Part shown: one piece after another, positions 18,744-28,994 of the stretch | Position numbering within the stretch: position 1 is the stretch's first letter | Layout: each line of letters starts with the position of its first letter | NCBI GenBank assembly: GCA_026396065.1 | Contig: JAPLXO010000003.1 | Coordinates: 1,304 to 65,303 of the forward strand | Source: Candidatus Nomurabacteria bacterium | Lineage (GTDB): Bacteria; Patescibacteriota; Minisyncoccia; Phycocordibacterales; UBA9973 | Reading direction: 5' to 3' | Length of the DNA stretch: 64,000 bases | Program-made: the position numbers and the translations under genes | The notes under the pieces: model-generated | The model's input: only the letters and a program-made list of their open reading frames with translations | What the model was told of the DNA's origin: nothing | Databases searched by the model: none

Positions 18744-19772
18744 ATGCAGATTTCTAAAGACTATGAGTTAAAAGAATTGAATACTTTTGGAATATCCGCG
18801 AAAGCGAAGTTTTTTACTGTGCTAGAAAATGAGGCTGATATTATAGAGCTTCTTTCAAATTCTGAATTTAAGAATAACCAAAAACTATTTTTGGGTGGGG
18901 GAAGCAATATACTTTTTACGAAAGATTTTGACGGTATTGTAATTTTAAATAAATTAAAAGGAATAGAAATCTTAGAAGAAGATGAAGATATTGTTTTTCT
19001 GAAATCTATGGGAGGGGTTATCTGGCATGACTTGGTAACATTCACAGTCGATAGAAATTATTGGGGAATAGAGAATCTGTCTTTAGTTCCGGGCACAGTT
19101 GGTGCTACACCGATACAAAATATTGGCGCATATGGCGTGGAAATAAAAGATACACTCGACAGTGTCGAAGCATATGAGATTGAAACTGGTAAAAAGAAAA
19201 TCTTTTCAAGAGATGAATGCAGGCTCGGCTATCGCGATAGTGTTTTTAAAAATGAATTGAAAGGAAAATATTTTGTTTCGGCTATTTTTTTAAAATTACA
19301 CAAAGATGCACAACCTAACATTTCTTATAGAGTTTTGAAAGATTATATAGAAGAAAATAAAATTGAAATAAAAAATTCTAAAGATGTGGCAGATGCTGTG
19401 GCAAATATTCGCCGAAGTAAATTGCCCGATCCAAAAGAACTAGGGAATGCAGGAAGCTTTTTTAAAAATACTTTTGTTAATGTTGAACAAAAAGAAAAAC
19501 TTTTAGCTATATACCCTGAGATGCCGAATTTTTCAGAACAAAATGAAAAAGGCGAAAATGTTATAAAAATCCCTAGTGCATGGCTGATAGAACAGTGTGG
19601 TTTCAAGGGTTTACGAGAGGGTAATGTCGGCAGTCATACAAATCAGGCACTAGTAATAGTGAATTATGGTGGAGCTACAGGTGCGGAAGTGAAAGACTTT
19701 GTTTATAAAATAATCCAAGCTGTTAAAGACAAGTTCGGGATTGCTTTAGAGTCAGAGGTAAATATGATATAA
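18744..19772 (+). CDS. murB: UDP-N-acetylmuramate dehydrogenase
   Basis: LGGGSNIL, PGTVGA.PIQNIGAYG, GNAGSFFKN, LESEV. Confidence 0.96.
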   Translation: MQISKDYELKELNTFGISAKAKFFTVLENEADIIELLSNSEFKNNQKLFLGGGSNILFTKDFDGIVILNKLKGIEILEEDEDIVFLKSMGGVIWHDLVTFTVDRNYWGIENLSLVPGTVGATPIQNIGAYGVEIKDTLDSVEAYEIETGKKKIFSRDECRLGYRDSVFKNELKGKYFVSAIFLKLHKDAQPNISYRVLKDYIEENKIEIKNSKDVADAVANIRRSKLPDPKELGNAGSFFKNTFVNVEQKEKLLAIYPEMPNFSEQNEKGENVIKIPSAWLIEQCGFKGLREGNVGSHTNQALVIVNYGGATGAEVKDFVYKIIQAVKDKFGIALESEVNMI

Positions 19773-19808
19773 TAGGTTTATTAAAAGTTAATTAAATTAT
19801 TTAAGTTT

Positions 19809-20234
19809 ATGAAAAATAATACAAGTTTAGTAGCATCAGTAGTTATCGTTTTAGTCGTTATTGGTTTGTTTGTTTATTTATCTATGAATAAAAAATCAGA
19901 CGATATTCAAGGAGTAAATACAAATCAAACAGATAATGCGATTTCAAAAATTGGAGACAGTATCACTGTCGCTTATGTAGGAGCACTTGCAGACGGAACA
20001 GTTTTTGATTCAAATATAGATCCAAAATTTAAACACGTACAACCATTTACTTTTACATTAGGAGCTGGCCAAGTTATCCCTGGTTGGGATAAGGGTCTTG
20101 TCGGTATGAAAGTAGGAGAAAGAAAACATTTAGTAATTTCTCCTGAAGATGCTTATGGTGCAAATGGTTACCCTCCTGTTATCCCACCAAATTCTACTTT
20201 GACTTTTGATGTACAAATAACAGCGATAAATTAA
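19809..20234 (+). CDS. FKBP-type peptidyl-prolyl isomerase with N-terminal anchor
   Basis: FDS, QVIPGWD, AYG, IPPNSTLTFDV. Confidence 0.95.
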   Translation: MKNNTSLVASVVIVLVVIGLFVYLSMNKKSDDIQGVNTNQTDNAISKIGDSITVAYVGALADGTVFDSNIDPKFKHVQPFTFTLGAGQVIPGWDKGLVGMKVGERKHLVISPEDAYGANGYPPVIPPNSTLTFDVQITAIN

Positions 20235-21044
20235 ATGGATACACTTTTCACAAACAAAAATTTTATAAAAGTAAGCACAATATTTATTTGTTTACTTTGT
20301 TTGTTGGCTATTGTTTCTATTTTTGGGAGTATTAGTGGACGTAATCGTAATAATTTAGAAAGTAAAAATACAATTACATTTGAAGGTAAAGGGGAAGTCT
20401 CAGCTGTACCTGATATTGCTACTATTAATTTTACAATCCGTGAAAACCAACCAATCTTAAAAGATGCGCAAGACAAGGTTACTAAAAAAGAAGGTGTTCT
20501 TTTGGCTTTTCTTGATCTAAAAAAAGTTGCAAAAGTAGATATTAAGACAGAGAATTATAGTTCTTATCCAAAATATGACTACAATACTCCTTGCTATCAG
20601 GGATCTGGTGTTTCTACTAAAATGGGAATGCCTTGTAGAAGTGAACCAAAGTTAATTGGTTATGAGGTATCAGAATATGTTTCAGTAAAGATTCATGATA
20701 TTTCTCAGTCTGGGGATATAGTAAAAGGAATTGGAGCTTTGGGAGTTTCAGAAATGAATGGTCCAAATTTTTCAATTAACAACGAAGATCAATTAAAAGA
20801 AACTGCACGTAAAATCGCTATTGATGATGCAAAAGCAAAGGCACAAAAGCTTGCTGGTGATTTAGGGGTACACCTAGTTGGGATTGTAAGTTTTTCTGAA
20901 AATGGCAATTATCCTATGCCAATGATGTATGCAAAAGGATTGGCGACTGATGCATCTTTGTCTGTATCATCTCCATCCCCAGAGCTTCCAGCTGGTCAAA
21001 ACAAAATAACCTCAAATGTCTCAATAACTTACGAAATAAGATAG
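20235..21044 (+). CDS. SIMPL (DUF541) domain protein
   Basis: GKGEVSAVPDIA, AIDDAKAKAQKLA, VSITYEI. Confidence 0.88.
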   Translation: MDTLFTNKNFIKVSTIFICLLCLLAIVSIFGSISGRNRNNLESKNTITFEGKGEVSAVPDIATINFTIRENQPILKDAQDKVTKKEGVLLAFLDLKKVAKVDIKTENYSSYPKYDYNTPCYQGSGVSTKMGMPCRSEPKLIGYEVSEYVSVKIHDISQSGDIVKGIGALGVSEMNGPNFSINNEDQLKETARKIAIDDAKAKAQKLAGDLGVHLVGIVSFSENGNYPMPMMYAKGLATDASLSVSSPSPELPAGQNKITSNVSITYEIR

Positions 21045-21139
21045 AGATTGACTATTTTAGATAAAAAGAGTATATTTAAAAGAGCCCTTCGCGGGGCTTT
21101 TTTAAGAGGATTTTTAAAAAAATAATCATATAAATCAAT

Positions 21140-21325
21140 ATGTCAAAAGTTACTGAATATTTAAAAGAAACAAAAGTAGAATTAAAACACGTTAATTGGC
21201 CTACAAGAATGCAGACTATTTATTATACTGTTATAGTAGCAGTTCTTTCTGTTGGACTCGCATACTTTTTAGGTATTTTTGATTCTATTTTCTCTAAAGG
21301 TTTAGAAAAATTAATTTCATTTTAA
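21140..21325 (+). CDS. secE: Preprotein translocase SecE
   Basis: ELKHVNWPT plus TM helix, upstream of nusG. Confidence 0.93.
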   Translation: MSKVTEYLKETKVELKHVNWPTRMQTIYYTVIVAVLSVGLAYFLGIFDSIFSKGLEKLISF

Positions 21326-21329
21326 TATT

Positions 21330-21875
21330 ATGGCTAAACAAGAAACACAAGGAGAAAGAAATTGGTATGCAATTCACACTTATGCTGGATATGAAAATGC
21401 AGTTTTGCGTAATCTAAAACAGCGTATTGAATCTCTTGGAATGCAAGAAAAAATTTTTAATGTTATCGTTCCAATTGAGAAAAAGGTAAAAATCAAAGGT
21501 GGAAAGCGTGTCGAAGTAGAAGAAAAGATTTACCCAGGATATGTACTTGTAGACATGGTTGTTACCGACGATTCTTGGTATGTAGTTCGTAATACACCAC
21601 GTGTTACAGGATTCGTAGGAGCAGGAGTAAATCCAGTTCCTTTAAGAAAAGACGAAGTGGATTATTTATTTAAGAAAATGGATGCAGATACTATCAAGCA
21701 TAACATTGATCTTGCAATAGATGAGACAGTTATGATTGTAGATGGACCATTTAAAGAACTAGAAGGTAAAGTAAATGCAATTGATCAAGAAAGAGGAAAG
21801 GTAAAAGTCTTAGTTTCAATGTTCGGTCGTGAAACTCCAGTCGAATTAGACTTCTTGCAAGTTAAGAAAATATAA
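21330..21875 (+). CDS. nusG: Transcription factor NusG
   Basis: WYAIHTYAGYE, YPGYVLV, DGPF KOW, FGRETPVELDF. Confidence 0.97.
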   Translation: MAKQETQGERNWYAIHTYAGYENAVLRNLKQRIESLGMQEKIFNVIVPIEKKVKIKGGKRVEVEEKIYPGYVLVDMVVTDDSWYVVRNTPRVTGFVGAGVNPVPLRKDEVDYLFKKMDADTIKHNIDLAIDETVMIVDGPFKELEGKVNAIDQERGKVKVLVSMFGRETPVELDFLQVKKI

Positions 21876-21891
21876 GTTAATCTACAAATAT

Positions 21892-22317
21892 ATGGCAAAG
21901 AAAATAACAAAGAAAATTAAATTACAAATTATGGGTGGAAGAGCTACTCCAGCTCCTCCTCTTGGTCCTGCTCTTGGACAGGCTGGTATAAACATTGGTG
22001 ACTTCGTTACGAAATTCAACGCTGCAACAGCAAAAATGATGGGGGAGAAAGTAGGTTGTATTGTCACTGTTTACGAAGATCGTACTTATGATTTCGTTAT
22101 CAAGACTCCTCCAGCTACTGACCTTATCCTTAAGGCTGCAGGCGTAGAAAAAGGTTCAGGAAAGCCAAATTCATCAAAAGTAGGAAAGATCACTCGCGCT
22201 CAAGCTCTTGAAATCGGAAAGAAAAAAGCAGTTGACCTTAATGCTAAAGATGATGAAGGACTTATAGCTATTATATCTGGATCTGCACGCAGTGCCGGTA
22301 TTGAAGTTAAAGGTTAA
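21892..22317 (+). CDS. rplK: 50S ribosomal protein L11
   Basis: ATPAPPLGPALGQ, KTPP, GSARSAGI. Confidence 0.97.
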   Translation: MAKKITKKIKLQIMGGRATPAPPLGPALGQAGINIGDFVTKFNAATAKMMGEKVGCIVTVYEDRTYDFVIKTPPATDLILKAAGVEKGSGKPNSSKVGKITRAQALEIGKKKAVDLNAKDDEGLIAIISGSARSAGIEVKG

Positions 22318-22336
22318 TAAAAAATTTAAAACTTTT

Positions 22337-22367
22337 AAAAGCACCCCGACAATGTCGGGGTGCTTTA
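22337..22367 (+). terminator. Intrinsic terminator after rplK
   Basis: AAAGCACCCCGAC-AAT-GTCGGGGTGCTTT. Confidence 0.8.
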
Positions 22368-22458
22368 CTTTTATACCGTTAAATGATAATTTGAAAGCTA
22401 ACAGTAAATTTAGTTCTGTTGAAAATAATAAATAGTATCCACCTAAATTTCTAGAACA

Positions 22459-23046
22459 ATGAAAAAACCTATTTTCGCCATAGATTTTGGCACAGTATTT
22501 GGAGTTGACCAAAGATTAATCAACAGAGTTAAAACAGTAGTTTCAGGTCTCGACCCAGATTACAAAAAACTCAAACGAGAACAACATTACCATTATGATT
22601 TTGCATTAAACTATCCGCAAAATTTTCGTGAGCAGATTAACATCATAAAAGAAAGTCCAGATTTTTTTTGGAATTTAGAACCAATTTTGGGTGTTAAAGA
22701 AGCAATTGATTTACTAATTAAATTAAACTTTAATGTATTAATTGTTTCATTACCTATTCTCGGGCAAAATAGTGAAGGAGTAGAACATGAGAAAGCATCT
22801 CTAATGTTTAAGCACTTTATGTGTGAGAAAATGCAGATTTCTTTTGTTTCAGTGCTTGATAAAACTGCGTTAGAATGTGACTATCTAATTGATAGCAATC
22901 CTGACATTGAGGGAAGTTGTAAACCAAAATTTAATTATTTGGTTTACGATGAAGGTTATAATTATAACCTTCATATTCCGAGTGAACGAAAAATTAACTG
23001 GCAGGTTTTCGAACCTAGGTTAAAAGCGATATTAAAACATCGCTAA
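22459..23046 (+). CDS. 5'(3')-deoxyribonucleotidase-like HAD protein
   Basis: FAIDF, FFWNLEPILG.KEA, DKT...DYLID; catalytic DxD appears degenerate. Confidence 0.65.
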   Translation: MKKPIFAIDFGTVFGVDQRLINRVKTVVSGLDPDYKKLKREQHYHYDFALNYPQNFREQINIIKESPDFFWNLEPILGVKEAIDLLIKLNFNVLIVSLPILGQNSEGVEHEKASLMFKHFMCEKMQISFVSVLDKTALECDYLIDSNPDIEGSCKPKFNYLVYDEGYNYNLHIPSERKINWQVFEPRLKAILKHR

Positions 23047-23127
23047 TCAAGACAAAAAAAATATTACATAAAATCGGCCGCTGTTTATCAGCTGTCGATT
23101 TTTTGATTTTTAGGATATACTAATGTT

Positions 23128-23619
23128 ATGAAACAGGTAAAACATGAAAGGCCTAGTTGGGATCAGTATTTTATTACACAAGCCAATTTATTGGGTTCTA
23201 GGGGTACTTGTGATAGAAGTCGTTCCGGTTGCGTCATTACTAAAGATAAAAGAATAATTTCTACTGGTTATATTGGTTCTCCACCTTCACTTCCTCATTG
23301 TGATGATGTAGGCCATGAGATGAATACAGTAATAAATGAAGATGGTACAAAATCAATGCACTGTGTACGTACTACTCATGCTGAACAAAATGCGATAGTG
23401 CAAGCGGCACGTTTTGGTCTAGCTACTGATGGGGCCACTTTGTATTGCAAAATGACTCCTTGTTATACTTGTGCAAAATTAGTAATTACTGCTGGAATAA
23501 AACGTGTAGTTTCAGAAAAAGATTATCATGCTTCAAAACGTTCTAAAGAAATTTTTAAGAAAGCTAAAATAAAGTTGGAAATTTTAAATAAAGAAGTCGA
23601 AAAATATAAGCATCAATAA
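23128..23619 (+). CDS. dCMP deaminase family protein
   Basis: RPSWDQYF, HAEQNA, PCYTC. Confidence 0.93.
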   Translation: MKQVKHERPSWDQYFITQANLLGSRGTCDRSRSGCVITKDKRIISTGYIGSPPSLPHCDDVGHEMNTVINEDGTKSMHCVRTTHAEQNAIVQAARFGLATDGATLYCKMTPCYTCAKLVITAGIKRVVSEKDYHASKRSKEIFKKAKIKLEILNKEVEKYKHQ

Positions 23620-23626
23620 AACATTT

Positions 23627-23956
23627 ATGGTTGATCTAAAAGAATTACAAAAAGAAGTAATGCAAAATAAAATTGAAAAAGGTTTCAATACTACTGATGT
23701 AGCTTTGGAATTTTGTCGAGCCCATGAGGAACTCTCAGAAGCTTTTTCAAAATTTAATAAAAACCAAGATGGAGTAGCAGAAGAGTTTGCAGATGTGGCT
23801 GTATTTTTACTCGGTATGTGTGAAATACTCGGTTATGATTTAGAAAAAGAATTGGTCAGAAAAATTGAAATAAATAAAAATCGTAAGTATATAAAAGGTA
23901 AATCTCCTGATGGTAAAGACATCTTTATTCGTGTCAAAAGTGATATAGATCCGTAA
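23627..23956 (+). CDS. MazG-like nucleotide pyrophosphohydrolase
   Basis: EELSE...EEFAD motif. Confidence 0.8.
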   Translation: MVDLKELQKEVMQNKIEKGFNTTDVALEFCRAHEELSEAFSKFNKNQDGVAEEFADVAVFLLGMCEILGYDLEKELVRKIEINKNRKYIKGKSPDGKDIFIRVKSDIDP

Positions 23957-23995
23957 GCAATTTAAAACTTTATTTTAAATTGCTTTGATAATTCA

Positions 23996-24559
23996 TTAGT
24001 TTTTTTGTCGGTTTTTGTAGACGAGCAGGTCATAACCGTCACTGGTGTAATCTTCTTTTTTTATATCCCAAGATTCAAGTAGGGCATACAAATCATTTTG
24101 AATTTTTATGGCATCTTTTTCATCTCCAAATTTTTCTAGCTCAATATATGAACCAATTTCAGCAACTTCATCAATACATATTTCTATATCACCCATACTC
24201 GCTGTAATTCGTGTTTTTTCTATGGTAATGAATTGGTAATAACCGAGAGTTTCTATTAGTAGAGTCATTTCTGATATATCTTTTTCTTGAATTTCCACTT
24301 CGTGTTCAATGCAATCAGTCTGGTTTGTTCTTGGTTGTTTGAGTGTGAAAATAACTCTTGTTATTCCATTTTTTTTCTCTTCACGAATACGCATATAATT
24401 TCTACCGAGTAAATGCTGAGTGAGTTCTTTTATATCATTTGGAAAAAACACCAAATCTTTTTGATATTTTTCTCCATGTATTTCAAGTCCATTAGCTTTT
24501 AGTTTTTCTAATACTCCAGCCTTGTCCCTCAATCTTGCTTTTACTTCAATTTAATTCAT
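23996..24559 (-). pseudogene. CYTH (class IV adenylate cyclase/triphosphatase) gene with TAA at codon 3
   Basis: ATG-AAT-TAA-ATT-GAA-GTA-AAA = M-N-*-I-E-V-K (ExExK motif); remainder RIR, TLK, KTR, YIELE intact. Confidence 0.75.
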
Positions 24560-24576
24560 ATTTTTAAAACTAATTA

Positions 24577-25107
24577 TTAAAATCTTTCGTATTCTACGAA
24601 TGAATAATCGTATGGATTTTTTTCATCTGCTTTGTGCGTCTCGCGTGTAGTTTCTCCGAAAACTATTGGGATAATTTCTGGGAAAAATACATCAGCATCT
24701 TTGTCTTCTGCTTCTATATGAGTGATATAAAGCTTGTCAGCAAAAGCCATTCCTTGTTTATATATTTCTGCTCCACCGATTATAAAGATTTCTGATTCTG
24801 CAGAATCATGTCGCGCAGTGTCCGTTGAAGCGCGACTCGAATTTTTAAATAAACTAAAAGCTTCTTCAAAAGAATATGCTATTTCTACGCCTTCAGCTTT
24901 GAAACTTTTGTCACGAGTGAGAACTACATTTCTTCTATTTGGTAGAGGTTTACCAATTGATTCAAAAGTTTTTTGACCCATGATAACTGCATGTCCAGAA
25001 GTTTTTTCTTTGAAATGAGCCATATCTGCAGGCATATTCCAAAGAAGTTTATTCTTCTTTCCAAGTTCATTATTTTTACCAATTCCCGCAATCATTGAAA
25101 TTTTCAT
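24577..25107 (-). CDS. folA: Dihydrofolate reductase
   Basis: W.MPADMAHFK, IMGQKTFESIGKPLPNRRN, IIGGAEIY, DVFFP. Confidence 0.96.
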   Translation of the reverse strand: MKISMIAGIGKNNELGKKNKLLWNMPADMAHFKEKTSGHAVIMGQKTFESIGKPLPNRRNVVLTRDKSFKAEGVEIAYSFEEAFSLFKNSSRASTDTARHDSAESEIFIIGGAEIYKQGMAFADKLYITHIEAEDKDADVFFPEIIPIVFGETTRETHKADEKNPYDYSFVEYERF

Positions 25108-25114
25108 TATATAT

Positions 25115-26056
25115 TTATACTGCAATCGGGGCTTTGATTCCTTCATGTGGATTATAATCTATTAATTCAAAATCTTCGATTGTGAAATCCTCGATATTTT
25201 TCTTAGCAGGATTTATTTTCATTTTTGGTAATGCACGGATGTCGCCACGGCGGGAAAGTTGAAGATTTGCTTGTTCCATATGATTTGAATACAAATGAAC
25301 ATCGCCACCAGTCCAGACGAATTCACCGGCTTGTAGTCCGCAGATTTGCGCGAGCATCATCGTGAAGACAGAGTATGATGCGATGTTGAAAGGCAGGCCG
25401 AGGAATGTGTCACAGCTTCTTTGATAAAGTTGGCAAGAAAGTTTACCATCGGCTACATAAAATTGGAAAAAACAATGACATGGAGGAAGCCCAGCTTTTG
25501 CCATCTCGTCGATGTCGGCGACGTTCCACGCTGAAACAATTATTCGGCGAGAGTCTGGAGTATCTTTTATCATCTCAATCGCTTTTTGTAGTTGATCGAT
25601 ATGCATGCCATTTGGTGCAGGCCAACTGCGCCATTGATATCCGTAAATTGGGCCGAGATTGCCATAATCTTTTGCAAAATTTTCGTCCGTTTTTATTTTT
25701 TCAATAAATTCTTTTATCCCCGAATTCCATTCTTCGCTTCCTGTCGCAGGTACTGCTATATTATTACGAACTAAATACGCTTTGTATGGCCATTCGTCCC
25801 AGATGTGCACGTTGTTGTCTGCTAAATATTTCAAATTTGTATCTCCGCGCATGAACCAAAGTAATTCGTGAATGATTGATTTGATTGGAACTTTTTTTGT
25901 CGTAAGGAGAGGGAAGCCATCAGCTAAATTGAAACGCATTTGATAGCCGAAGATACTTTTTGTACCAGTTCCTGTGCGGTCAGTCTTTGCAACACCTTCT
26001 TTAATGATGTATTCGAGGAGATCGAGGTATTGTTCATCGACGTGTTTACTTTGCAT
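25115..26056 (-). CDS. thyA: Thymidylate synthase
   Basis: DRTGTGT, ELLWF, LPPCH, YQRSCD, PFNIASY. Confidence 0.97.
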   Translation of the reverse strand: MQSKHVDEQYLDLLEYIIKEGVAKTDRTGTGTKSIFGYQMRFNLADGFPLLTTKKVPIKSIIHELLWFMRGDTNLKYLADNNVHIWDEWPYKAYLVRNNIAVPATGSEEWNSGIKEFIEKIKTDENFAKDYGNLGPIYGYQWRSWPAPNGMHIDQLQKAIEMIKDTPDSRRIIVSAWNVADIDEMAKAGLPPCHCFFQFYVADGKLSCQLYQRSCDTFLGLPFNIASYSVFTMMLAQICGLQAGEFVWTGGDVHLYSNHMEQANLQLSRRGDIRALPKMKINPAKKNIEDFTIEDFELIDYNPHEGIKAPIAV

Positions 26057-26099
26057 ATTCTTAGTATAACTTCTTTTGTGAATTTTAACAATTTTCCAC

Positions 26100-26119
26100 A
26101 TATACGCCATGGCGTATAT
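26100..26119. repeat. 20-bp perfect palindrome, left flank of the Cas2-like gene
   Basis: ATATACGCCATGGCGTATAT. Confidence 0.9.
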
Positions 26120-26143
26120 AAAAAATAGTATTATAATATAAAT

Positions 26144-26524
26144 ATGCTAGATAAAAAGAAATTTTACTATAAAGGGATAAAAACAAATGCTCTAGGTTTA
26201 CCTTCTTTTAGTGATTCAAAGAAAATAGAAGAACTGCCTAAAAAGCAAACTAGAAAAAGAGATTTTTATGCTATGTCTTTTCAATCTTCATTTCAAAAAA
26301 GTGCACCAAAGAATTTAATTGTTATGTATGACATTCCACATCTTCAGAAAAAGGAACGTGATTGGTTTCGTCGGCATTTAATAAGATTCGGATATATAAT
26401 GATTCAAAAAAGTGTCTGGGTCGGACCTTCGCCACTGCCGAAAGATTTCTTGAAATATCTTAAAGAAATAAAAATAGGGGACAAGTTCAAAACCTTTAAA
26501 CTCGCTAAATCATACGTAAAATAA
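26144..26524 (+). CDS. Solo Cas2/VapD/PaaX-C-like ferredoxin-fold protein
   Basis: IVMYDIP...R..FR..L...GY.MIQKSVW signature; no cas1 or array in the window. Confidence 0.8.
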   Translation: MLDKKKFYYKGIKTNALGLPSFSDSKKIEELPKKQTRKRDFYAMSFQSSFQKSAPKNLIVMYDIPHLQKKERDWFRRHLIRFGYIMIQKSVWVGPSPLPKDFLKYLKEIKIGDKFKTFKLAKSYVK

Positions 26525-26544
26525 ATATACGCCATAGCGTATAT
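26525..26544. repeat. Second copy of the palindrome, abutting the stop codon
   Basis: ATATACGCCATAGCGTATAT (19/20 identical to 26100-26119). Confidence 0.9.
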
Positions 26545-26585
26545 TTATTAATTGTTAGATTTATTTTTTATGGTATAATTAATTT

Positions 26586-27131
26586 ATGGAAAATTTTAAT
26601 CCAGCAAAAAAGAATGACCCCAAAAAGGAACCTATGTCAAGAAAAGTATCTAATTTTGTTAAAGCCACACTATTATCTAAATTACTAAATAATAGTAAAA
26701 TAGATGAAACTTTAGCAAATAATCTATACGCCAATCGTATATTAGAAGAAGAACGAATTGCACCCAATAAATCTTTTTCAGGACTTACTCCTTCTTTACC
26801 CGAAGGAACCAATATAATTGACGTTTGGGGTTCTCATTTTGCAAATATTGGGGATAAAATGTATTACATTAGAGAATTTAAAAAGGGTTTTGATCTTATA
26901 GACAATACTAAAGATTTTATACCGGAGAAGTGGCTTTCTCGTCGTGAGAACAAAAGAAGAGCTGATCTTCAAAAAAAATATGGTCTTTCTGCTACCACCG
27001 AAGCAATTCCTCAAAATGAATTTTATCGTTACGATGAATCTATCGGTGATTTAGATGATTGGATTATTCATAATGATAAGGGGCAAATAAAAAAAATACC
27101 AGATCAGGTGAAGATGAAACATGGTGGCTAA
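26586..27131 (+). CDS. Hypothetical protein
   Basis: 181-aa ORF, TGGTATAAT immediately upstream. Confidence 0.6.
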   Translation: MENFNPAKKNDPKKEPMSRKVSNFVKATLLSKLLNNSKIDETLANNLYANRILEEERIAPNKSFSGLTPSLPEGTNIIDVWGSHFANIGDKMYYIREFKKGFDLIDNTKDFIPEKWLSRRENKRRADLQKKYGLSATTEAIPQNEFYRYDESIGDLDDWIIHNDKGQIKKIPDQVKMKHGG

Positions 27132-27151
27132 AAGGAGAACCTTACAAGGGG

Positions 27152-27457
27152 ATGGTAAAGCGTTCCTTGCTTGATCAACCAGAAGGTAGGCATTTATTTG
27201 CAAAACAATCCGCGTTAGAAGCTTCAATAGGCAGACCACTAGACCAACACAGGGAATTAATAGGAGACATAATAAAAAAAGGAGACATAAAAGATGGTGG
27301 GATAACCTTAACTCCTACATCAGAAGCAGATTTACCAAAGATAGAAGGGTTAAAATCATTTACCTATAATCCTATAACAAAATCTATGGAAAGAGGGATT
27401 TTTCATAATCCTAATAAAATAAAAGATGAAAAAGATAGAAATGCAAATCTGGGGTAA
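27152..27457 (+). CDS. Hypothetical protein
   Basis: 101-aa ORF following the previous gene. Confidence 0.5.
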   Translation: MVKRSLLDQPEGRHLFAKQSALEASIGRPLDQHRELIGDIIKKGDIKDGGITLTPTSEADLPKIEGLKSFTYNPITKSMERGIFHNPNKIKDEKDRNANLG

Positions 27458-27593
27458 AAAATTTGACAATCAATTAGCTATATGCTATTCTGTATTTATC
27501 AATCTCACCTAATTATTTTAACGAGACTGACCTTTGTGGAAATCAATTATGACTTTTGTGTCGTGGAATTGGTTACCATGACAAAAAAGAAAT

Positions 27594-28985
27594 ATGATGA
27601 ACAAACGCAGTTTCGCGCGTCCGGCTTCGGCCCGACCGCATAGTTCTTCTTCTCGTCCGGCTCACGCTCCTAGTAGTAGACCACATAGTGCTCCTCACCA
27701 CGCAAGTGGTAGTGTAGCTCACCGCCCATCAGCTAAACCAGCTTTTGGTTCTCGACCTCATGTTGGTGCGTCAGGTGGTAGAACATTTAGTCGACCAAGC
27801 TTTAAAGGCCGAAGTAATTTCGGTGCGAAAAGAAGCGGTGGATTTGGAGGAGGTGGAGGAGGCAAGAAAAGATTTGGCGGTGAACGTATCGACGTTTCTC
27901 GCTTTATCAAAAAAGCAGTCAAAGTAGAAGAGAAGCCATATGTTTCAAAACACACTTTTGCTGATTTTCCTTTTGATCCAATAATTCAAAAAAATATCGC
28001 TAAGAAAGAATATATTCACCCTCGTCCAATTCAAGACCAAGCTATTCCTTCTGTCCTTGCAGGTAAAGACGTCTTTGGTATGGCAAATACAGGACAAGGA
28101 AAGACTGCAGCATTCTTACTTCCACTTATAAATAAAGTAATGAAAAATAGAGAAGAGAAAGTACTCGTACTTGCTCCTACTCGTGAGCTCGCAATGCAAA
28201 TCGAAGAAGACCTGCGCTCTATGGCGACAGGATCAAAACTTTTCGGTGTGTGTGTAGTCGGTGGTATGCCGATTGATAAACAAATTCGCGAAATAAAACA
28301 CGGAGTGTCATTCGTAATCGGTACGCCGGGACGCGTGATGGACCTCATTAAAAGAAAAGTCCTCGACCTCGCTCCATACAAATCCGTCGTCCTCGACGAA
28401 GCTGACCGTATGCTCGACATGGGATTTCGTGATGACATGGTTTCCATTTTAGGAAAAATGGATAAAAATCGTCAGACACTTTTCTTCTCTGCGACACTTT
28501 CTCCAGAAATTAAAAAATTAACTTCAGACTTTTTGAAAGATCCAGTCTTCATCTCTGTCACGACAGGGGAGACTTCAAAAAATATTGATCAAGATGTAGT
28601 GCGCTATAATTCCAAAGAAAATCGTTTTGATAAACTTGTAGAAGTTTTAAAGAATGATGGTTCTGATAAAGTGCTCATCTTCCGCGAAATGAAACATGCG
28701 TGTGATACTATCACAAAAGAGCTTTCCGACGCTGGTTTCAAAGTCGGCTGTATTCACGGCGACAAACGTAGTCGCGATCGCATCCGCACGCTCGACCTTT
28801 TCAAGCAAGATAAAATAAATATCCTCGTTGCGACCGATGTCGCAGCCCGTGGACTTGATATTCCAGATGTGACTCACGTTATCAACTATGATATTCCACA
28901 AACCTACGACACCTACGTCCACCGTATCGGTCGAACCGGCCGTGCTGATAAAAAAGGAAATGCACTTACTTTTGTGCCACAATAA
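27594..28985 (+). CDS. DEAD-box RNA helicase with disordered R/S/G-rich N-terminus
   Basis: TGQGKT, PTRELA, DEAD, SAT, ARGLD, HRIGRTGR. Confidence 0.96.
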   Translation: MMNKRSFARPASARPHSSSSRPAHAPSSRPHSAPHHASGSVAHRPSAKPAFGSRPHVGASGGRTFSRPSFKGRSNFGAKRSGGFGGGGGGKKRFGGERIDVSRFIKKAVKVEEKPYVSKHTFADFPFDPIIQKNIAKKEYIHPRPIQDQAIPSVLAGKDVFGMANTGQGKTAAFLLPLINKVMKNREEKVLVLAPTRELAMQIEEDLRSMATGSKLFGVCVVGGMPIDKQIREIKHGVSFVIGTPGRVMDLIKRKVLDLAPYKSVVLDEADRMLDMGFRDDMVSILGKMDKNRQTLFFSATLSPEIKKLTSDFLKDPVFISVTTGETSKNIDQDVVRYNSKENRFDKLVEVLKNDGSDKVLIFREMKHACDTITKELSDAGFKVGCIHGDKRSRDRIRTLDLFKQDKINILVATDVAARGLDIPDVTHVINYDIPQTYDTYVHRIGRTGRADKKGNALTFVPQ

Positions 28986-28994
28986 AAATTTAAA

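Noticed and set aside
26100-26544. CRISPR-Cas locus suggested by the Cas2-like gene and repeats
   Set aside because: Only two repeats, 405 bp apart and enclosing a gene; no spacer-sized periodicity and no cas1 or effector genes in the window.
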